A DNA stretch of 63,399 bases, filler included, from Spirochaetales bacterium (GTDB lineage: Bacteria > Spirochaetota > Spirochaetia > Treponematales > UBA12059): the NCBI GenBank assembly GCA_016928955.1. It is 5 parts of 5 records of this genome, joined end to end, with 100 filler letters (N's around TTAATTAATTAA, not from the genome) between each part and the next. Parts side by side here need not be neighbours in the genome. Positions count along the whole stretch, not along the records: positions 59,310 to 63,399 come from JAFGJV010000026.1; 4 more parts are not named here. One strand, given 5' to 3'. Below the pieces are notes generated by a model that did not search any database, was not told the DNA's origin, and worked only from the letters and a program-made list of their open reading frames with translations. A program made the position numbers and the translations under genes. How positions within the stretch are numbered: position 1 is the stretch's first letter; each line of letters starts with the position of its first letter. Below, piece after piece: positions 61,240-63,399 of this stretch.

Positions 61240-61953
61240 ATGAACAAGGAAATAGAAGTCATATACCACGACCAGGACATCCTGGCCGTCAACAAGCCCG
61301 CTGGCATGCTGTCCGCTCCGGACCGTTATGATCCGGACGCGCCGGTCCTGTCACGTCAGCTGGAGGGCGACTATGGCCGCCTGTGGCCAGTCCACCGGCT
61401 GGACCTGGACACCTCCGGCATCGTCGTCCTGGCCCGCAGCGAGGAAGCCCACCGCGCCCTGTCGGTGGCGTTCGAGCTGGGGCAGGTGCATAAGGCGTAC
61501 CGGGCGGTGGTCAAGGGGCGACCCTCGTGGACGGAAACCGTGTGCGAATTGCCCCTGACCCCGGACGGCGACCGCAAGCACCGAACCATAGTGGACGGCA
61601 ACGGAAAGCCGTGCATCACGGATTTCAGCGTGATCGGCACGCACGGTCCCCTGGCCATTGTGGAGGCCCGGCCGCAAACGGGCCGTACGCACCAGATACG
61701 CGTGCACCTGGCGGCCATCGGATACCCCATTGTGTGCGATCCGCTGTACGGCGACGGGGAGCCAGTGTACCTGTCCAAGATCAAGCGACGATGGAAGGGC
61801 GACGAGTACGCGGAGCGGCCGCTGATCATACGGACTGCCCTGCATGCCCTGACCATAGACCTTGCCCATCCGTCCACCCATGAGCCGCTCCATTTTGAGG
61901 CGGCCTACCCCAAGGACTTCCGGGCTTTGGTTACCCAGCTGGAGAAACTGTAG
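61240..61953 (+). CDS. RluA family pseudouridine synthase
   Basis: VNKPAG, HRLDLDTSG, TGRTHQIRVH, DPLYG, LHA. Confidence 0.92.
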   Translation: MNKEIEVIYHDQDILAVNKPAGMLSAPDRYDPDAPVLSRQLEGDYGRLWPVHRLDLDTSGIVVLARSEEAHRALSVAFELGQVHKAYRAVVKGRPSWTETVCELPLTPDGDRKHRTIVDGNGKPCITDFSVIGTHGPLAIVEARPQTGRTHQIRVHLAAIGYPIVCDPLYGDGEPVYLSKIKRRWKGDEYAERPLIIRTALHALTIDLAHPSTHEPLHFEAAYPKDFRALVTQLEKL

Positions 61954-62030
61954 CGGAGTAGAAGACTGCTGGCAAAGCAAGCGGCTTTGTCAGCAAGCTA
62001 TTGGTCCGGGGCGCCGGACGGGAGGAACGT

Positions 62031-63179
62031 ATGGGCCAACCTGACCGCCATGGTGCCTACTCGGACAGGAACGAGCTCAATTACGTGCTCAGGCGCTGGG
62101 GCAAGCCCGCCACGGCAGCCAACCGGCGCGTTCTTGCGAGGGCTCTGGACGCCTTCAACGCCGACGCAGCCTGGGAGCCGCATACGCGGGCCCAGTTCAT
62201 CCGCTACGCCAAGGAATCGGGGCTTCTGTCCGGTACGGGCGGCGACCGGGCCGTGCTCCGCGGAGACCGAGCGGGCAACGATGCCACGCGGCTTGATAAC
62301 GAGCGTTCCCGGACGCCGGCCGCGAGCCTGTACCCGGCGGGGCGGGCAGCGCGAGCCCCGGTCCGCCCGGACGGGCAACGCCGCGAGGCATACAGGGCAC
62401 CGGCCGCCGTTCCTACAGCCAGGCCAACGGTCACGGCACGAACGCCCCCACGGGCCAAGCTTGTTGCCCACGATGCATACCGACCCAGGCCCACCGGCGC
62501 TTACGGACAGCGGCCACCGCGCCCGGAGGCCGGCTCGAGCCGGACTGCCCTGTGGGTGGCGCTCGGCATAGGTGCGGCGGCCGTGGTGGTCCTTGCCCTC
62601 GTGTTCGCCCTGCCGCCGCTCATGGGCTCGGGCCGGACGGCCGTGCGCGACAAGGACCAGGCGACGCCGGCGCTCGTCGGCCGGACACAGCAGGGTTCGG
62701 TCGCCGAGCCGCCTCCTGTCCAAGCTCCGTTGGCGGCCAGCCAGGCGCCAGAAGCACCAGCGTCGTTACCAACAGCAACGCAGAGCGCACCGGCGCCTGA
62801 ACCTGCCCCGGCTGTACGCGCACTCAAAGCCGCCGACATACCGGAGTCGGCCAGGATCCTGCGTTTCCTGGCAGACTCGCCAGACGCCCTGGCACCCGGG
62901 GGAGAGACCGCCCTGGCCGCCCTTATCCAGGCCTTGTCCGGCGTGGATGAGGGCAATCTGGTCCTGGTGGGACACGCCGCTGACATAGGCTATCCGGAGG
63001 GGCAGGAGCGCCTGAGCGCCGCCCGCGCGGAATGGGTGGCGGCGCGCCTGCGGGCGTCTGGCTTGCCATCCGGCGTGGTCATACGCACGGAAGGGCGGGG
63101 AGCAGCGGACATGATAGCCGACCCCGATCCCGAGCGGGCCATGGAGTTGTCCCGGCGGGTGGAAGTCCGGGTAGAGTAG
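62031..63179 (+). CDS. Membrane-anchored OmpA/MotB-like domain protein
   Basis: Central TM segment, Pro/Ala linker, C-terminal GHAA...LSAARA...SRRVEV. Confidence 0.7.
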   Translation: MGQPDRHGAYSDRNELNYVLRRWGKPATAANRRVLARALDAFNADAAWEPHTRAQFIRYAKESGLLSGTGGDRAVLRGDRAGNDATRLDNERSRTPAASLYPAGRAARAPVRPDGQRREAYRAPAAVPTARPTVTARTPPRAKLVAHDAYRPRPTGAYGQRPPRPEAGSSRTALWVALGIGAAAVVVLALVFALPPLMGSGRTAVRDKDQATPALVGRTQQGSVAEPPPVQAPLAASQAPEAPASLPTATQSAPAPEPAPAVRALKAADIPESARILRFLADSPDALAPGGETALAALIQALSGVDEGNLVLVGHAADIGYPEGQERLSAARAEWVAARLRASGLPSGVVIRTEGRGAADMIADPDPERAMELSRRVEVRVE

Positions 63180-63211
63180 GGCCGCCCGTATCCAACGGAC
63201 CACTATAAAAA

Positions 63212-63399
63212 GGGAGCCTCTAAAAACTGCAGTTTTAGAGGCTCCCATCATTAAAAAACGAAGCCGTGCATGGCTGGCGCACCAAAAGGAATTTTTAAAA
63301 CTTCGGTCTTAGGAGGCTCTTTCAAAAATCGGACGAGTTTTGAAAGAGCTACATAGTAAGACGTGATTTGCGTAGCGGTTGCGGAATATGCAAACAACC
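63212..63399. repeat. Cluster of palindromic REP/MITE-like elements
   Basis: Family A copy at 63212-63246, GCTCTTTCAAAA...TTTTGAAAGAGC at 63316-63349; 63360-63399 is identical to 17723-17762. Confidence 0.85.

Overview
High-GC bacterial DNA, almost certainly from a Treponema/Rectinema-like spirochaete. This is inferred from the cheA-cheW(CheR-like fusion)-cheX-cheY operon, spirochaete-type ParC, alpha2-type GlyRS and a groEL with no adjacent groES. The window is five contigs joined by 100-nt N-TTAATTAATTAA-N linkers (17623-17722, 25035-25134, 31397-31496, 59210-59309), so adjacency across those points is not biological. Most of it is housekeeping: tig-clpP-clpX-lon, aspS, gltX, glnS, glyQS, parC, groEL, rsmG, chemotaxis genes and nine tRNAs, plus dnaE2, hydG and metabolic or signalling genes. 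No CRISPR array, prophage or transposase was seen. The most striking signals are non-coding. (1) A structured ~100-nt module sits behind tRNA-Leu(CAG) (arrayed) and tRNA-Glu(CTC). Each copy is bracketed by inverted and direct copies of that tRNA's own 3' end, its helices covary, and it carries CsrB-like ANGGA/CAGGA(U/C/A)G hairpin loops. (2) A ~250-nt candidate sRNA has a near-consensus sigma70 promoter and a terminator whose loop is an anti-Shine-Dalgarno sequence. It diverges from dnaE2, which has a 32-bp palindromic operator over its start. (3) An AT-rich palindromic REP/MITE-like family recurs across contigs. All product calls come from motif recognition without database searches.
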